The notes beneath the pieces are model-generated. The model had not been told where the DNA came from. It did not search any database and was given only the letters and a program-made list of their open reading frames with translations. Shown here piece after piece: positions 50,007 through 61,204 of a stretch of 64,000 nt of DNA. The stretch is from positions 221,271 to 285,270 of the forward strand of contig CAWHWG010000001.1 in NCBI GenBank assembly GCA_963832985.1, in the 5' to 3' direction. This DNA is from Rubricoccaceae bacterium (GTDB lineage Bacteria; Bacteroidota; Rhodothermia; Rhodothermales; Rubricoccaceae). The stretch's first letter is position 1. Each line of letters starts with the position of its first letter. The position numbers and the translations under genes were made by a program.

Positions 50007-52571
50007 ATGATTCGATCGTTACTCCGCACCCTTCCAGCGGCTGCGCTGCTGTGGTGCTCCCTGCCCGCTCACGCACAAGACGCGGCTTCGATGGCCGCAA
50101 CCAATAAGCTCCAAGATGGAGGCTTCGAGGGTGACCGTCCATCGTACTGGGCGTCATCGGGCGCCGGCGCGACGTGGTCGACCGCTCAGGCCCACTCCGG
50201 CACCCACAGCCTCGCCCTCTCCGGCACCGCCGCGGCGTCCTGGACGCAGGCCGAGGTCATCCAAAACTGGGAGTCCGGCTTCGAGGCCAACACCGCCCTG
50301 ACGCTCGGCGCGTGGGTCTTCACCGACGGCGTCAACACGGCGCCCGGTAGCGACGACGCCAAGTTCCAGATCGCCTACACCTTCCGCGACGCCGACGGCG
50401 CCGACATCCTGGGCCAGGAGGTCGTCATCGACCTGCCGCAGACGGCGGCCTCGACGGGCGGCTGGGTGAACGTGAACACCGCGGGTCTCGGTGAGATCAC
50501 GCTGCCGGTCGACGCCAAGAGCGTGACCGCGGTCGTGCGCAAGGGCTCCGCGGCGACGGGCACCGTGTACGTGGACGACTTCTACGTCAACGCCAACACG
50601 TGGCACGGCGCGAACGTGGACCTTCCGGCGGACTGGTACACGTTCTGGCCGGGCTTCGACGGCGGCGTCGAGGACCCGCAGTGGATCATGGCGAAGACGA
50701 CCGACGAGGCGCACACGGGCGCGGCGAGCCTGCGCGTCGAGCGGCTGGGCAGCCCGACCGACGTCGAGGGTGAGGCCGTCGCCATCTCCGAACGCGTGCC
50801 CGTCACGGTCGGGAAACCCGTCCTCGTCAGCTACTGGGTCAAGACAGACGACAACGCCACACCTGCGGAGATCGGCACCGGCGACAACAACGTGGGCCTC
50901 ACCGCACTGTGGTACAGTTCTCTAGAGAGCGGCGTGGCTGGGTACAACGAGCTCGGCGGAGCAGACATCCGTCTCAACGGCGAGTACAACCCGCAGGTGA
51001 TCCCGCTCCTCCCCCGCCAGGCCGACAACGGGTGGACCCAATACTCGTTCGTCGTCAACCCGATCGAGAACGCGGTCGGAATGGAGCTTCGCCTCCGGTA
51101 CTGGCACCAGTTCACCGGCACGACCTACTGGGACGACGTCGTGATTGCTGACGTCGAGGACGTGACCATGGAGCTTCCGAACCTGCTGTCGGAGTCGGCA
51201 CAGGGGTTTGAAGGCGACCGTCCATCGTACTGGGCGCCATCGGGCGCCGGCGCGACGTGGTCGACCGTCCAGGCCCACTCCGGCACTCACAGCCTCGCCC
51301 TCTCCGGCACCGCCGCGGCGTCCTGGACGCAGGCCGAGGTCATCCAAAACTGGGAGTCCGGCTTCGAGGCCAACACCGCCCTGACGCTCGGCGCGTGGGT
51401 CTTCACCGACGGCGTCAACACGGCGCCCGGTAGCGAAGACGCCAAGTTCCAGATCGCCTACACCTTCCGCGACGCCGACGGCGCCGACATCCTGGGTCAG
51501 GAGGTCGTCATCGACCTGCCGCAGACGGCGGCCTCGACGGGCGGCTGGGTGAACGTGAACACCGCGGGTCTCGGCGAGATCACGCTGCCGGTCGACGCCA
51601 AGAGCGTGACCGCGGTCGTGCGCAAGGGCTCCGCGGCGACGGGCACCGTGTACGTGGACGACTTCTACGTCAACGCCAACACGTGGCACGGCGCGAACGT
51701 GGACCTTCCGGCGGACTGGTACACGTTCTGGCCGGGCTTCGACGGCGGCGTCGAGGACCCGCAGTGGATCATGGCGAAGACGACCGACGAGGCGCACACG
51801 GGCGCGGCGAGCCTGCGCATCGAGCGGCTGGGCAGCCCGACCGACGTCGAGGGTGAGGCCGTCGCCATCTCCGAACGCGTGCCGGCGATGCAGGGCGAAC
51901 CGATGTTGGTTTCGTACTGGGTCAAGACGGAAGACAACGCCACACCTGCCGAGATCGGAACGGGTGACAACAACGTCGGGATCACGGCGCTGTGGTACTC
52001 GTCGCTCGAGTCTGGCGCTGCAGGCTACAACGAGCTCGGCGGAGCAGACATCCGTCTCAACGGCGAGTACAACCCGCAGGTGATCCCGCTCCTCCCCCGC
52101 CAGGCCGACAACGGATGGACCAACTACGCCTTCGTGCTCAACCCGATTGAGAACACGGCAGCGATGGAAGTCCGCCTCCGGTACTGGCATCAGTTCACCG
52201 GCACGACCTACTGGGACGACATCGCGATCACCAACATTGCAGGAGACAACCTCTTCGCAACGGCTGGCGAGAGCGGCCCTGGTTCGAACGGTCCCGACGG
52301 CACTCGCGCCACGTGGCTGAGCCCGAACGCTCCGAACCCGTTCTCGGACCAGACCGAGGTGCGCTTTACACTTCCACAGGCAGAAGACGTCACCCTCGAG
52401 GTCTACGACCTGCTGGGCCGCCGCGTGGCGCTCTTGGCCGACGGCGTACCGATGGCCGCGGCCGACCACGCCATCGCGTTCGACGCTGCCGAGGCAGCCA
52501 GCGGGACGTACATCGTCGTCCTGAGGACGCCGACGCACACCGAGGCCCGCCGAATCACGCTGGTCCGCTAG
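50007..52571 (+). CDS. T9SS-secreted protein with duplicated CBM4/9-like modules and a type A C-terminal sorting domain
   Basis: Signal peptide AHA-Q; repeated GFEG..W...AHSGTHSL...VYVDDF and AHTGAASL...TYWDD modules; CTD PNPFSDQTEVRFTLP..VTLEVYDLLGRRV...SGTY. Confidence 0.85.
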   Translation: MIRSLLRTLPAAALLWCSLPAHAQDAASMAATNKLQDGGFEGDRPSYWASSGAGATWSTAQAHSGTHSLALSGTAAASWTQAEVIQNWESGFEANTALTLGAWVFTDGVNTAPGSDDAKFQIAYTFRDADGADILGQEVVIDLPQTAASTGGWVNVNTAGLGEITLPVDAKSVTAVVRKGSAATGTVYVDDFYVNANTWHGANVDLPADWYTFWPGFDGGVEDPQWIMAKTTDEAHTGAASLRVERLGSPTDVEGEAVAISERVPVTVGKPVLVSYWVKTDDNATPAEIGTGDNNVGLTALWYSSLESGVAGYNELGGADIRLNGEYNPQVIPLLPRQADNGWTQYSFVVNPIENAVGMELRLRYWHQFTGTTYWDDVVIADVEDVTMELPNLLSESAQGFEGDRPSYWAPSGAGATWSTVQAHSGTHSLALSGTAAASWTQAEVIQNWESGFEANTALTLGAWVFTDGVNTAPGSEDAKFQIAYTFRDADGADILGQEVVIDLPQTAASTGGWVNVNTAGLGEITLPVDAKSVTAVVRKGSAATGTVYVDDFYVNANTWHGANVDLPADWYTFWPGFDGGVEDPQWIMAKTTDEAHTGAASLRIERLGSPTDVEGEAVAISERVPAMQGEPMLVSYWVKTEDNATPAEIGTGDNNVGITALWYSSLESGAAGYNELGGADIRLNGEYNPQVIPLLPRQADNGWTNYAFVLNPIENTAAMEVRLRYWHQFTGTTYWDDIAITNIAGDNLFATAGESGPGSNGPDGTRATWLSPNAPNPFSDQTEVRFTLPQAEDVTLEVYDLLGRRVALLADGVPMAAADHAIAFDAAEAASGTYIVVLRTPTHTEARRITLVR
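50133..52219 (+). repeat. Intragenic direct duplication, period 1083 bp (361 aa)
   Basis: gaccgtccatcgtactgggcg at 50133 and 51216; near-identical for about 670 bp, then a patchwork of identical and diverged blocks. Confidence 0.93.
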
Positions 52572-52577
52572 GGAATC

Positions 52578-52716
52578 GTCCTCGAGGTCGGGCACTGTCG
52601 CTCGGCCTCGAGTCTTGCTGAACGAACGTCCTCGAGGCCGGAGCATCGGTTGCTCGACCTCGAGGACGGTGGGACTGGCGTTCGTCCTCGAGGCCGCATA
52701 CATCGACCTCGAGGAC
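52578..52716. repeat. Intergenic cluster of CCTCGAGG palindromes
   Basis: Copies at 52580, 52630, 52658, 52686 and 52707, plus a one-mismatch copy at 52606. Confidence 0.9.
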
Positions 52717-52769
52717 GGATGATGGTCCGCTTGACGGAGCCCCGTACGGGCGCAGACGACACCACCACT

Positions 52770-55463
52770 ATGTCACTTCTTCCTCTAGTTCGAACCCTTG
52801 GGCTGACCGCGTTTGTCGTGGTCGCGCTGGGTCCTTCGGCCATCGCCCAGACCGGGAAGGTCTCGGGCCAAGTCGTGGACGCGGGCACCGGAGAGCCGCT
52901 GATCGGCGTCGCTGTGGTTCTGGGCGAGACGGGACGCGGCGCGGCGACGAATATGGACGGCTACTACGACATCGTGGGGGTCCGGCCGGGCACGTACGAC
53001 GTACGAGCATCGTATGTCGGGTACACGCCGCAGACCGTTGAGGGCGTCCGGGTGCGAATCGACCAGACGACGACCATCGATCTGTCGCTGGCGGAGGAGA
53101 GCATCGAGGGCGAGGAGGTCATCGTCCAGGCCGTTCGGCCGATCGTGCAACGCGACCGGACCTCGAGCGAGAGCTCGGTGTCAGCTGAGGACCTCGAGGC
53201 CTTGCCAGTCCAGTCGTTCCAGGACGTGGTCAACCTTCAGGCCGGCGTGGTCGAGGGTCACTTCCGCGGCGGCCGAACGGGCGAGGTGGCGTACCTCGTC
53301 GACGGCGTGCCGGTCAACGACGTGTACGACCAGTCGTTTGCCTTCCAGGTCGAGAACGAGGCCATCCAGGAGGTCCAGGTGATCTCGGGCACGTTCAACG
53401 CCGAGTACGGTCAGGCTCAGTCGGGCGTGGTCAACATCGTGACGAAGGACGGCGGGACGGACTACCGGGCGTCGCTCTCGGCGTACGGTGGCGACTACGG
53501 AACGACGCGGGACGACCTGTTCGAGCGGCCGAGTGCGTTCTCGCCGTTCGCCAACGTCGAAGCGAATGGGTCACTGAGTGGTCCCGTGCCCGGGCTGGGC
53601 GACCGCTTGACGTTCTTCGCGTCCGGCCGGGCCGTCCGCAACGACGGGTACCTCTACGGCCGCCAGGTAGTGACACCGACCTATGCTTCGACGGGCGACC
53701 GCATCCCGGTCGAGGCCAACGGCCGGACCGTGTTCGTCCCCGGCCTCGGCGACAGCACCCTGTCGAGCTTGAACTGGTCGGAGCAGGCCACGGCTCAGCT
53801 CAAGCTGACCGCACGTGTACCGGGAGGACGTCTCGCGATTAATGGGCTCCTCCAACGCGACCAAGGCCAGAATTACGACCAGCTGTTCCGCTACAACCCG
53901 GCGGGCCAGACGACGGTGCGGGGTGCATCGGAGTCGATCCTCGCGACCTATACCGCCCTGCTGTCCTCGACCACGTTCGTCGACGTCAAGGGCGCCGTGT
54001 TCGCGAACGCCGTCGACGAGTATGTCTACGAGGACCCGCTCGACCCTCGCTATCCCAACGATGCAGCCTTGCGCGAGCTGTCGCCCAACTTCGGGTTCTA
54101 CCTGGGCGGCGTCCGCAACTCGTACTTCACGCGCGACACCCGCACCACGGTCGGACGCGTCGACGTGACGAGCCAGATCACACGAGCGCACCTGGTGAAG
54201 GGCGGCGTTGAGGTCAAGAGTCACTCGCTGAGTCTCGACCAGTTCAACATCCGCAACAACGCCTCGACCGGGTTCGAGCCCCAGATCCCCCAGTCCGGGA
54301 CGCCGGCACACGTGACCTACGAGCAACGCCCCTTGGAGGCCTCGGTGTACCTCCAGGACAAGATCGAGCTCGACTATTTCGTGGTCAACGTGGGGGCGCG
54401 GCTGGACTACTTCGACGCACGAACGACGGTACCCTCGGACTTTACGCGGCCCACAACGGGCGACCGGACGGCGACCGACGTCAAGGTCCAGCTGTCGCCG
54501 CGACTGGGGTTTGCCTACCCGATCTCCGAGCAAGGCGTGGTGCACGTGGCCTACGGGCACTTTTTCCAGATGCCGCCCTTCGACTTCCTATTCACCAATC
54601 CGGACTACGTCTACAGTCCCGAGGCCGGGTTGGGACGGGCATTCGGATACGCCGACCTCGAGCCGCAGAAAACGGTGGCGTACGAGATCGGGCTTCAGCA
54701 GGGGATCACGGCGAACACGGGCTTGAACCTGACGGTGTACTACAAGGACATTCGCAACCTGCTGGGCACTCGGATCGAGCAGATCGCGCCGGGCGTCGGC
54801 GAGAACTTCCAGCTCTCGTACTACGGGCGCTACACGAACCGCGACTACGGCAACGTGCGGGGCGTGACGCTGGCGTTCGAGCGCCGGGCCGGTCGCGGCG
54901 CCGCCGGGCGAGCCGGGCTGGGGGTCAACGTGGACTACACGTACCAGATCGCCGAGGGCAACGCCTCCAACCCGCGCGACGTGTTGTTGACCGAGGGCGC
55001 CAACGACGGACGGACGCAGCCGACCCAGCTCTCCCCTCTCGACTGGGACCGCCGCCACCAGCTCAATGTCCGGGTCGCCGTCGGCGAGGCGGACCGGAGC
55101 TACGGCCTCGTCAGCATCGTCGGCCGCCTGGGCTCCGGTCTGCCCTACACGCCGACGCGCGCCGACGAGCGGACGGGCGTCGAGAACTCCGCCCGGCGGC
55201 CCGGCGTGGCCTCGGTGGACGTGTTCGCCACCCGCCAGGTCCGGGTCGGCGGCCTGCGCCCCGGCCTGTTCCTGCGTGTCTACAACCTGTTTGACACGGG
55301 CAACCTGACCAACGTGTACACCGACACCGGCCGCGCGGAGCCCAACCTGCGGTACTACTCCGGCCAGCCGCTGGGGCTCAACACACGTGAGGAGTTCTTG
55401 CTTCGGCCCGACTTCTACTCGGCGCCCCGCCAGATCCAGTTCGGCGTTTCCGTCGACCTCTAA
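52770..55463 (+). CDS. TonB-dependent receptor with N-terminal carboxypeptidase-regulatory-like domain
   Basis: GKVSGQVVDAGTGEPLIG, FRGGRTGEVAYLVDG, GTFNAEYGQAQSGVVNIVTK, YLQDKIE, LSPRLG, PRQIQFGVSVDL. Confidence 0.93.
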   Translation: MSLLPLVRTLGLTAFVVVALGPSAIAQTGKVSGQVVDAGTGEPLIGVAVVLGETGRGAATNMDGYYDIVGVRPGTYDVRASYVGYTPQTVEGVRVRIDQTTTIDLSLAEESIEGEEVIVQAVRPIVQRDRTSSESSVSAEDLEALPVQSFQDVVNLQAGVVEGHFRGGRTGEVAYLVDGVPVNDVYDQSFAFQVENEAIQEVQVISGTFNAEYGQAQSGVVNIVTKDGGTDYRASLSAYGGDYGTTRDDLFERPSAFSPFANVEANGSLSGPVPGLGDRLTFFASGRAVRNDGYLYGRQVVTPTYASTGDRIPVEANGRTVFVPGLGDSTLSSLNWSEQATAQLKLTARVPGGRLAINGLLQRDQGQNYDQLFRYNPAGQTTVRGASESILATYTALLSSTTFVDVKGAVFANAVDEYVYEDPLDPRYPNDAALRELSPNFGFYLGGVRNSYFTRDTRTTVGRVDVTSQITRAHLVKGGVEVKSHSLSLDQFNIRNNASTGFEPQIPQSGTPAHVTYEQRPLEASVYLQDKIELDYFVVNVGARLDYFDARTTVPSDFTRPTTGDRTATDVKVQLSPRLGFAYPISEQGVVHVAYGHFFQMPPFDFLFTNPDYVYSPEAGLGRAFGYADLEPQKTVAYEIGLQQGITANTGLNLTVYYKDIRNLLGTRIEQIAPGVGENFQLSYYGRYTNRDYGNVRGVTLAFERRAGRGAAGRAGLGVNVDYTYQIAEGNASNPRDVLLTEGANDGRTQPTQLSPLDWDRRHQLNVRVAVGEADRSYGLVSIVGRLGSGLPYTPTRADERTGVENSARRPGVASVDVFATRQVRVGGLRPGLFLRVYNLFDTGNLTNVYTDTGRAEPNLRYYSGQPLGLNTREEFLLRPDFYSAPRQIQFGVSVDL

Positions 55464-55588
55464 CGATGACGTCGCACCTCCCCCTGCTCGGCCTCGAGGC
55501 CGACCTCGCCGCGCCGGCCTGCTCTAGAGGCTGCTCGGCCGCGCCGCCGCCCTCGAGGCCGGCGCGCTCTGTCCTGACCGTTTCGTCT

Positions 55589-58500
55589 ATGCTCCGAGCC
55601 CTCTTCCTTCTCGCTCTCGCCCTCGAGGTCGCGGCCCCGGCCGTCGCCCAGCGGGAGTCGGACCCGAACAATGGCGACCCGCAGCTGACCCAGTGGGGGA
55701 TCCTGGATGGCAACCGCGTGCGGACGCTGTACGCCAACCACGGCGAGATCGCTCGTTACCCGGACCAGCCGTCGGCCGAATGGCCCAAGGGCTCGGGCCA
55801 TTCGTACATCGACGGGATCGCGTTTGTCGTGTCAGTCGCCACGCGTGACGCCAACGGCGACGTGATCTACCCGATGTCGACCAACTACCGCGAGGACATC
55901 GACCGTGACCCGGTGACGGAGGTCCCGTGGGGCTGGCACCCCGTGCCCGGCTACTCGAACCCTCGCCAGGCCAGTCCCGCACGCTCGGACGACCCGCGGA
56001 CGTGGCCCTCGAGTTGGCCCGACCGACCGATCGACTGGGCAGGCCAGTGGAATGGGCTGTTCGGCCGTGGCGTCACGAACGCCGATGTCGAGACCTACTT
56101 CGTGATGGACGACGCCTTCGACCCTGAGTGGACGCAGGCACCACACCAGTTCTACCCCTGTCCCGGCGAGACCGACCGGGGAGGCGCCGGCCTCGAGGTC
56201 GCAGTCCGCGGGCTTCAGTGGAATCACCCGCTGGCGCAGGACGTCATCTTCTGGGTCTACGAGATCACCAACGAGTGCGAGCAGGACTACGACGACGTCG
56301 TGTTCGCGCAGTACCTCGACTGGGGCATCGGCGGGACCGACGACTCGGGCGACGACGAGGGCGCTTACAACACGCGCCTCGACCTCGCCTTCGCGTTCGA
56401 CGCCGACGGGATCGGCTCGCCGGGCCAATTCAGCCCCGTCGGGACGGCGGGCTACGCATTCCTGGAGTCACCGGGCAACAGCACGGACGGGACGGACAAT
56501 GACGAGGATGGCATCACGGACGAGACGCGCGACAGCGGTCCGGGGGACCTCATCGAGGGCGAGGAGGCGATCCGCGCAGCCGTGGCGTCGCGCTACGACC
56601 TGACGCGGTTTGAGCGGTTCTATGGGCCTCTCGACAACACGGCGGCCATCCGCGACGGGCAGTGGTGGACCGGCGACGAGAACCTCAACTGGCAGCGGTT
56701 CACGGATGTCGATGAGGATGGTCAGTACAGCGTCGGCGAGCCCCTCAACGACGACGTAGGTGCGGACGGGCTCGGACCCAACGCCAGCAACTACCCCGGC
56801 CGCGACGTCGGCGAGGGCGACGGCCGCCCGACGCCGGGCGAGCCCAACTTCGACGCACTCGACAAGGACGAGTCGGACCAAATCGGGCTCACGGGTTTCT
56901 CCGTGTTCGACGTCCATACCTACGAACTCGAGGACGACGCGGAGGACTACGAGGTTTTCCGCCGCGCCCTCCCGCCGCAGGACGTCGTCCTCGAGGGCGG
57001 CCGCAACCTGGGGATGTTCTTCGCGAGTGGCCCCTTCCCGCTCGCCGCCGGCCAGACCGGAGCGGTTCTCGATGGCGCTCATCTTCGCCGACAAAGACTT
57101 TACCGACCCGCGCGAGATCGAGAACTCGTCGCTGGCGCGCAAGAAGCAGACGGTCCAGCAGATCTACAACGCCAACTACCAGTTTGCGCGCCCGCCCGAC
57201 AAGCCAACCTTGACGGCGACACCCGGGGACGGCGAAATCACGCTGACCTGGGACACGCGGGCTGAGGAGTCCTACGACCCCTTCCTGCGCGAGTTCGACT
57301 TCGAGGGGTACATGATCTACCGCTCGACCGAGCCCAACTTCCGCGAGAACCTGCTGGTCACCGACGCCTACGGCAACCCGGTGTACCAGCGCCCGCTCGC
57401 CCAGTTCGACCTGGTCAACGGGACGCGCGGGCTGCACCCGATCCCCGTCAACGGCGTCCAGTTCAACCTGGGCACCGACTCCGGACTGCGCCACAGCTAC
57501 ATCGACCGCGATGTGGTCAACGGCCAGACGTACTACTACGCGCTGGTCGCCTACGACCGAGGGCTGGTCACCAGGAACGCTGACGGCTCCATCCCGACCA
57601 CGCCCGACGGCCAGGTCGATGGACTCTCGCCCTCGATCACGACGGCGGTCATCAACAACGACCTGTCGGGGAACATCACGACCGACATCAACACGGCCCA
57701 GGCGACGCCTCGTGCACCAGCCGCCGGCTACGTCGCGCCGGGCGTTGCATCGTTCGAGAGCAGGGTGCGCGGTAGTGGCGCCATCGACCTTGCCATCGTG
57801 TCGCCACCCGCCCTCGAGGCCGATGGCCGCTACCGGCTCCAGTTCACGAACACCGACACGGTGTGGGACACCGACCTGACCCCGGCCTACGAGTTGGTCG
57901 AGACCTCGACGGGCACCGTCCTCGAGGCCGGGACGATCCGTCCCGGTCTGAACGAGTTGCCGCTCACGGCGGGCTTCTCGCTCACCGTCCAAGCGCCGGC
58001 GGCCATCGAGATCCCGGACTCCCGGGTGTCCTTGTCCGGCGAGAGCGGCACGTACGTCCCCGTGGTGACGCCAGGCACCGTTACACCAGCCGTGACCGCG
58101 GCTCGGTTCGTGCCGTACCCCTACGACTTCGAGGTGCGCTTCGCCGCGCCGGGTTCGGCGGCCCAGACGAGCCTGTCGCTCGCCTTCGGGCAGCAGACGA
58201 CGGCACTCCCCTTCGAGGTGTACAACACGACGCTGGGTCGGCGTCAGGAGGTCATCTGGATTGAGGACGACCCGGACCTGCGCAACGGGACCTGGGACCC
58301 CGGCGACTTGATCGTCCTGGTGGACGGTCTGACGCCCGGCACGGAGCCCCTGCGCGCGGGCGGCGCCTGGACCGCTGGATGGGCCTTCCGTCTCCTCCCC
58401 CCGACGCCGGCATCCCCATCGAGGCCCCCTCGGCTGGCTCTGTGCTGTCGTTCAGCCCGACGCGCCCATTCGCGAACGGCGACGCGGTCGACTTTCAGTT

Positions 58501-58855
58501 CACGGCGCCGGAGTTCGACCCGGAGCTTGCCAAGAGCGCCCTCGAGGACGTGTACGTGGTCCCGAACCCCTACGTCGCCACGAGCACGTTCGAGCCGGCC
58601 AACCCCTATCTGGTGGGCCGCGGCGAGCGACGGATCTACTTCATGAACCTGCCGCCGCAGTGCACGATCCGGATCTACACCGTGACAGGTGAGCTGGTCC
58701 AGACCTTGACCCACGACTCGACGGTCGACGATGGGCAGGAGCCGTGGGACTTGGTCTCGAGCGACGGCATGAACGTGGCGTTCGGCGTCTACCTCTTCCA
58801 CGTCGATGCGCCGGGCGTCGGCGAGTCTGTCGGGCGCTTCGCCCTCATCAAGTAG
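55589..58855 (+). CDS. Large secreted protein (about 1090 aa) with Dx[DN]xDG motifs, FN3-like module and T9SS-type CTD (frameshifts near 57058 and 58397)
   Basis: EWPKGSGH.Y, WPSSWPD, DGTDNDEDGITDE, GDGEITLTWD..AE, FEGYMIYRS, VVNGQTYYYALVAYD; C-terminal VVPNPY...NLPPQCTIRIYT..GELV...WDL...GVYLFHVDAPG...FALIK. Confidence 0.75.
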
Positions 58856-58859
58856 TCCC

Positions 58860-59892
58860 ATGACCGACTCTTTTCGCGGCGTTGCCGCCGCCCTTGTGGT
58901 GCTCCTGGGTGGCATCGCTCCAGCCTCGGCCCAGAATGTCTCTCGTCGCGGCACGACAGCGGCGCCGTTTTTAACGATCGGCGTCGGCGCGAGAGGCACT
59001 GCGCTCGGCGGCGCGTTCACCGCGACCGTAGACGACGCAACAGCGCTCTACTGGAACCCCGCCGGCCTGGCGCAGATGACGTCCTCGGAGGCCGTTACGG
59101 CCCACTCAGAGTGGCTGGCCGACGTCAACCACGACTTCGTCGGTGTGGCCGTCCCGCTCGCGGGGGGTGTGTTTGGGGCGAGCGTGACGCTGCTGGGAGT
59201 CCCCGAGATGGTCGTCCGCACGGAGCTGAACCAACAGGGTACCGGCGAGACGTTCGACGCGGCCGACCTGGCCATCGGCGTGAGCTACGGACGAGCCATT
59301 ACAGACCGGCGTCTCGCTCGGCGGCACCGTCAAGTACGTCGAGCAGCGCATCTGGAACTCATCGGCCTCCAGCATGGCTGTTGACATCGGGACCCAGTTC
59401 CGCACCGACTTTTTCGGAGGCCTCACGATCGGCGCCCAGCTCTCCAACTTCGGCTCCGACCTCCAACTCGACGGGCGAGACCTGCGGACCTTCGTGGACC
59501 CCGCACCCAACCAAGAAGGCAACAACGGCCGCATCCCGGCCGACCTCGCTCTCGACCGGTGGAGCCTACCGCTCGACTTCAAGCTGGGCGTCGTCACGCG
59601 CCCACTCAACACACGCCTCAACCAGATCACCGTCGCCGTCGATGCCCTTCATCCGTCGTCGGACTACGAAAGCCTGAACGTCGGCGTCGAGTACGGCTTC
59701 CGGGAGCGGTTCTACCTGCGCGGCGGCTACAAGGGTCTGTTCTTGGACGAGGGCGAAGGCGGGCTGTCGCTCGGTCTGGGCGTGCAGTACCCCCTCCCCT
59801 ACCCCGACGGGATGGTCAAGATCGATCTGGCGTACCGCGACGCCGGTCGGCTGGGGAACGTCCAGATGGTTGGCGCCAGCCTGACGTTTTAG
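58860..59892 (+). CDS. PorV/PorQ family (UPF0164) outer-membrane protein (frameshift near 59310)
   Basis: GTTAAPFLTIGVGARGTALGGAF, ALYWNPAGLA, NVGVEY, LRGGY, C-terminal LTF. Confidence 0.85.
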
Positions 59893-59901
59893 CCCCAGGC
59901 C

Positions 59902-61204
59902 ATGCGCTCCACTGTCTTCCTGCTGGTCTCGATGATCACGCTCTCCGCGTGTGCTGGCGGCGAGCGCGACCTCGAGGACGGCGATGTCGTTCAGCTGGTG
60001 TACTGGACGAGCCAGAATCCCCAGGAGCGGATGGTTGCGGACACGATGGTCGCACGGTGGAATCGGCTGCGCCCCGATATTCAGGTCGTCGTCCAGCCGA
60101 TCCCGGCGGGACAGTCGAGCGAGGAGGTGATCCTGGCCTCGATTGTCGCGGGGACGACGCCTGACATCTGCTCCAACATCTGGCCCGGCGTGTTGCACGA
60201 CCTGGTCCGTGCCGGGGGCGTGGTCGCGCTGGACGAGATGCCCGGCTTCGATAGCCTGATGACGGCCCGCGTGCCGCCCGAGTTGGTCGAGCGGTTCCGG
60301 AGCGCGGATGGCCGGTTCTACCAGCTGCCCTGGAAGACGAACCCCATCCTGATGATGGTCAACCCGGCCATGCTGCGGGAGGCCGGCGTGACCCAGATCC
60401 CACGGACGTACTCGGAGTACCTCGAGGCCGCCGCCCTCGTCACCCAGGACACCGACGGAGACGGCAGGAACGACCGCTCGGATGGGAACGCGCGACATCC
60501 GCCCGATCTGGTGGCAACGCTACTTCGACGTGTACCCGCTCTACGTCGCGGCCTCGGGTGGCCAGACGCTGTTCGACCTCGAGGGCGACCTCGCCATCGA
60601 CGAGCGGGCGATGACCGACGTGCTCGGGTTTTTCCAGACGCTCTACCTGCGTGGCGACTACCCGCGCTCGACGTTGCAGGGCAACGCGTTCGCCCAGGGC
60701 CGCGTCGCGACCGACTTCACCGGCCCATGGACCATCGGCTGGCTGGCCGAGAACGCCCCCGACCTCGAGGTCGACTTCGCGCCGGTCCCGGTGCCCGACG
60801 ACATGGCCCGTGGGGATGGCCCGCCGGTGACCTACGGGGACTACAAGAACATCGCCCTGTTCGCCACGACCGAGCATCCCGAGGAAGCGTGGGCCTTCGC
60901 CCAGTTTCTCGTCTCGCCTGACGCCGACCGGATGCTAATCGAGACGACGCGCCAGATCCCCATCCGCTCCGGCCTCGAGGACGACCCGCTCCTCGCGCCG
61001 TTCTTCGAGGCCTACCCGGCCATGAAGCGGTTTGCGCAACAGGCAGCGGCAACGCGAGGTGTGGACGCCGTGCCGGACCTGCCCGAAACGCTTGACGCAA
61101 TCGCCCAGGGCTACGAGCGGACGATCTACGACGTGGAGACGCCAGCCCAGGCGGTCCGAAGCATGACGGACCGAATCCGCGTTCTTCAGGCGTGGGCGCA
61201 ATGA
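59902..61204 (+). CDS. Sugar ABC transporter substrate-binding lipoprotein (frameshift near 60478)
   Basis: LSAC lipobox, AGTTPD, DGRFYQLPW, FAQGRVA..FTGPW, HPEEAWAFAQFL. Confidence 0.88.

Noticed and set aside
52578-52716. CRISPR-like array of short repeats with unique spacers
   Set aside because: Repeats are only 12-14 bp with spacers of about 10-15 bp, the same motif is dispersed window-wide, and there are no cas genes or leader.
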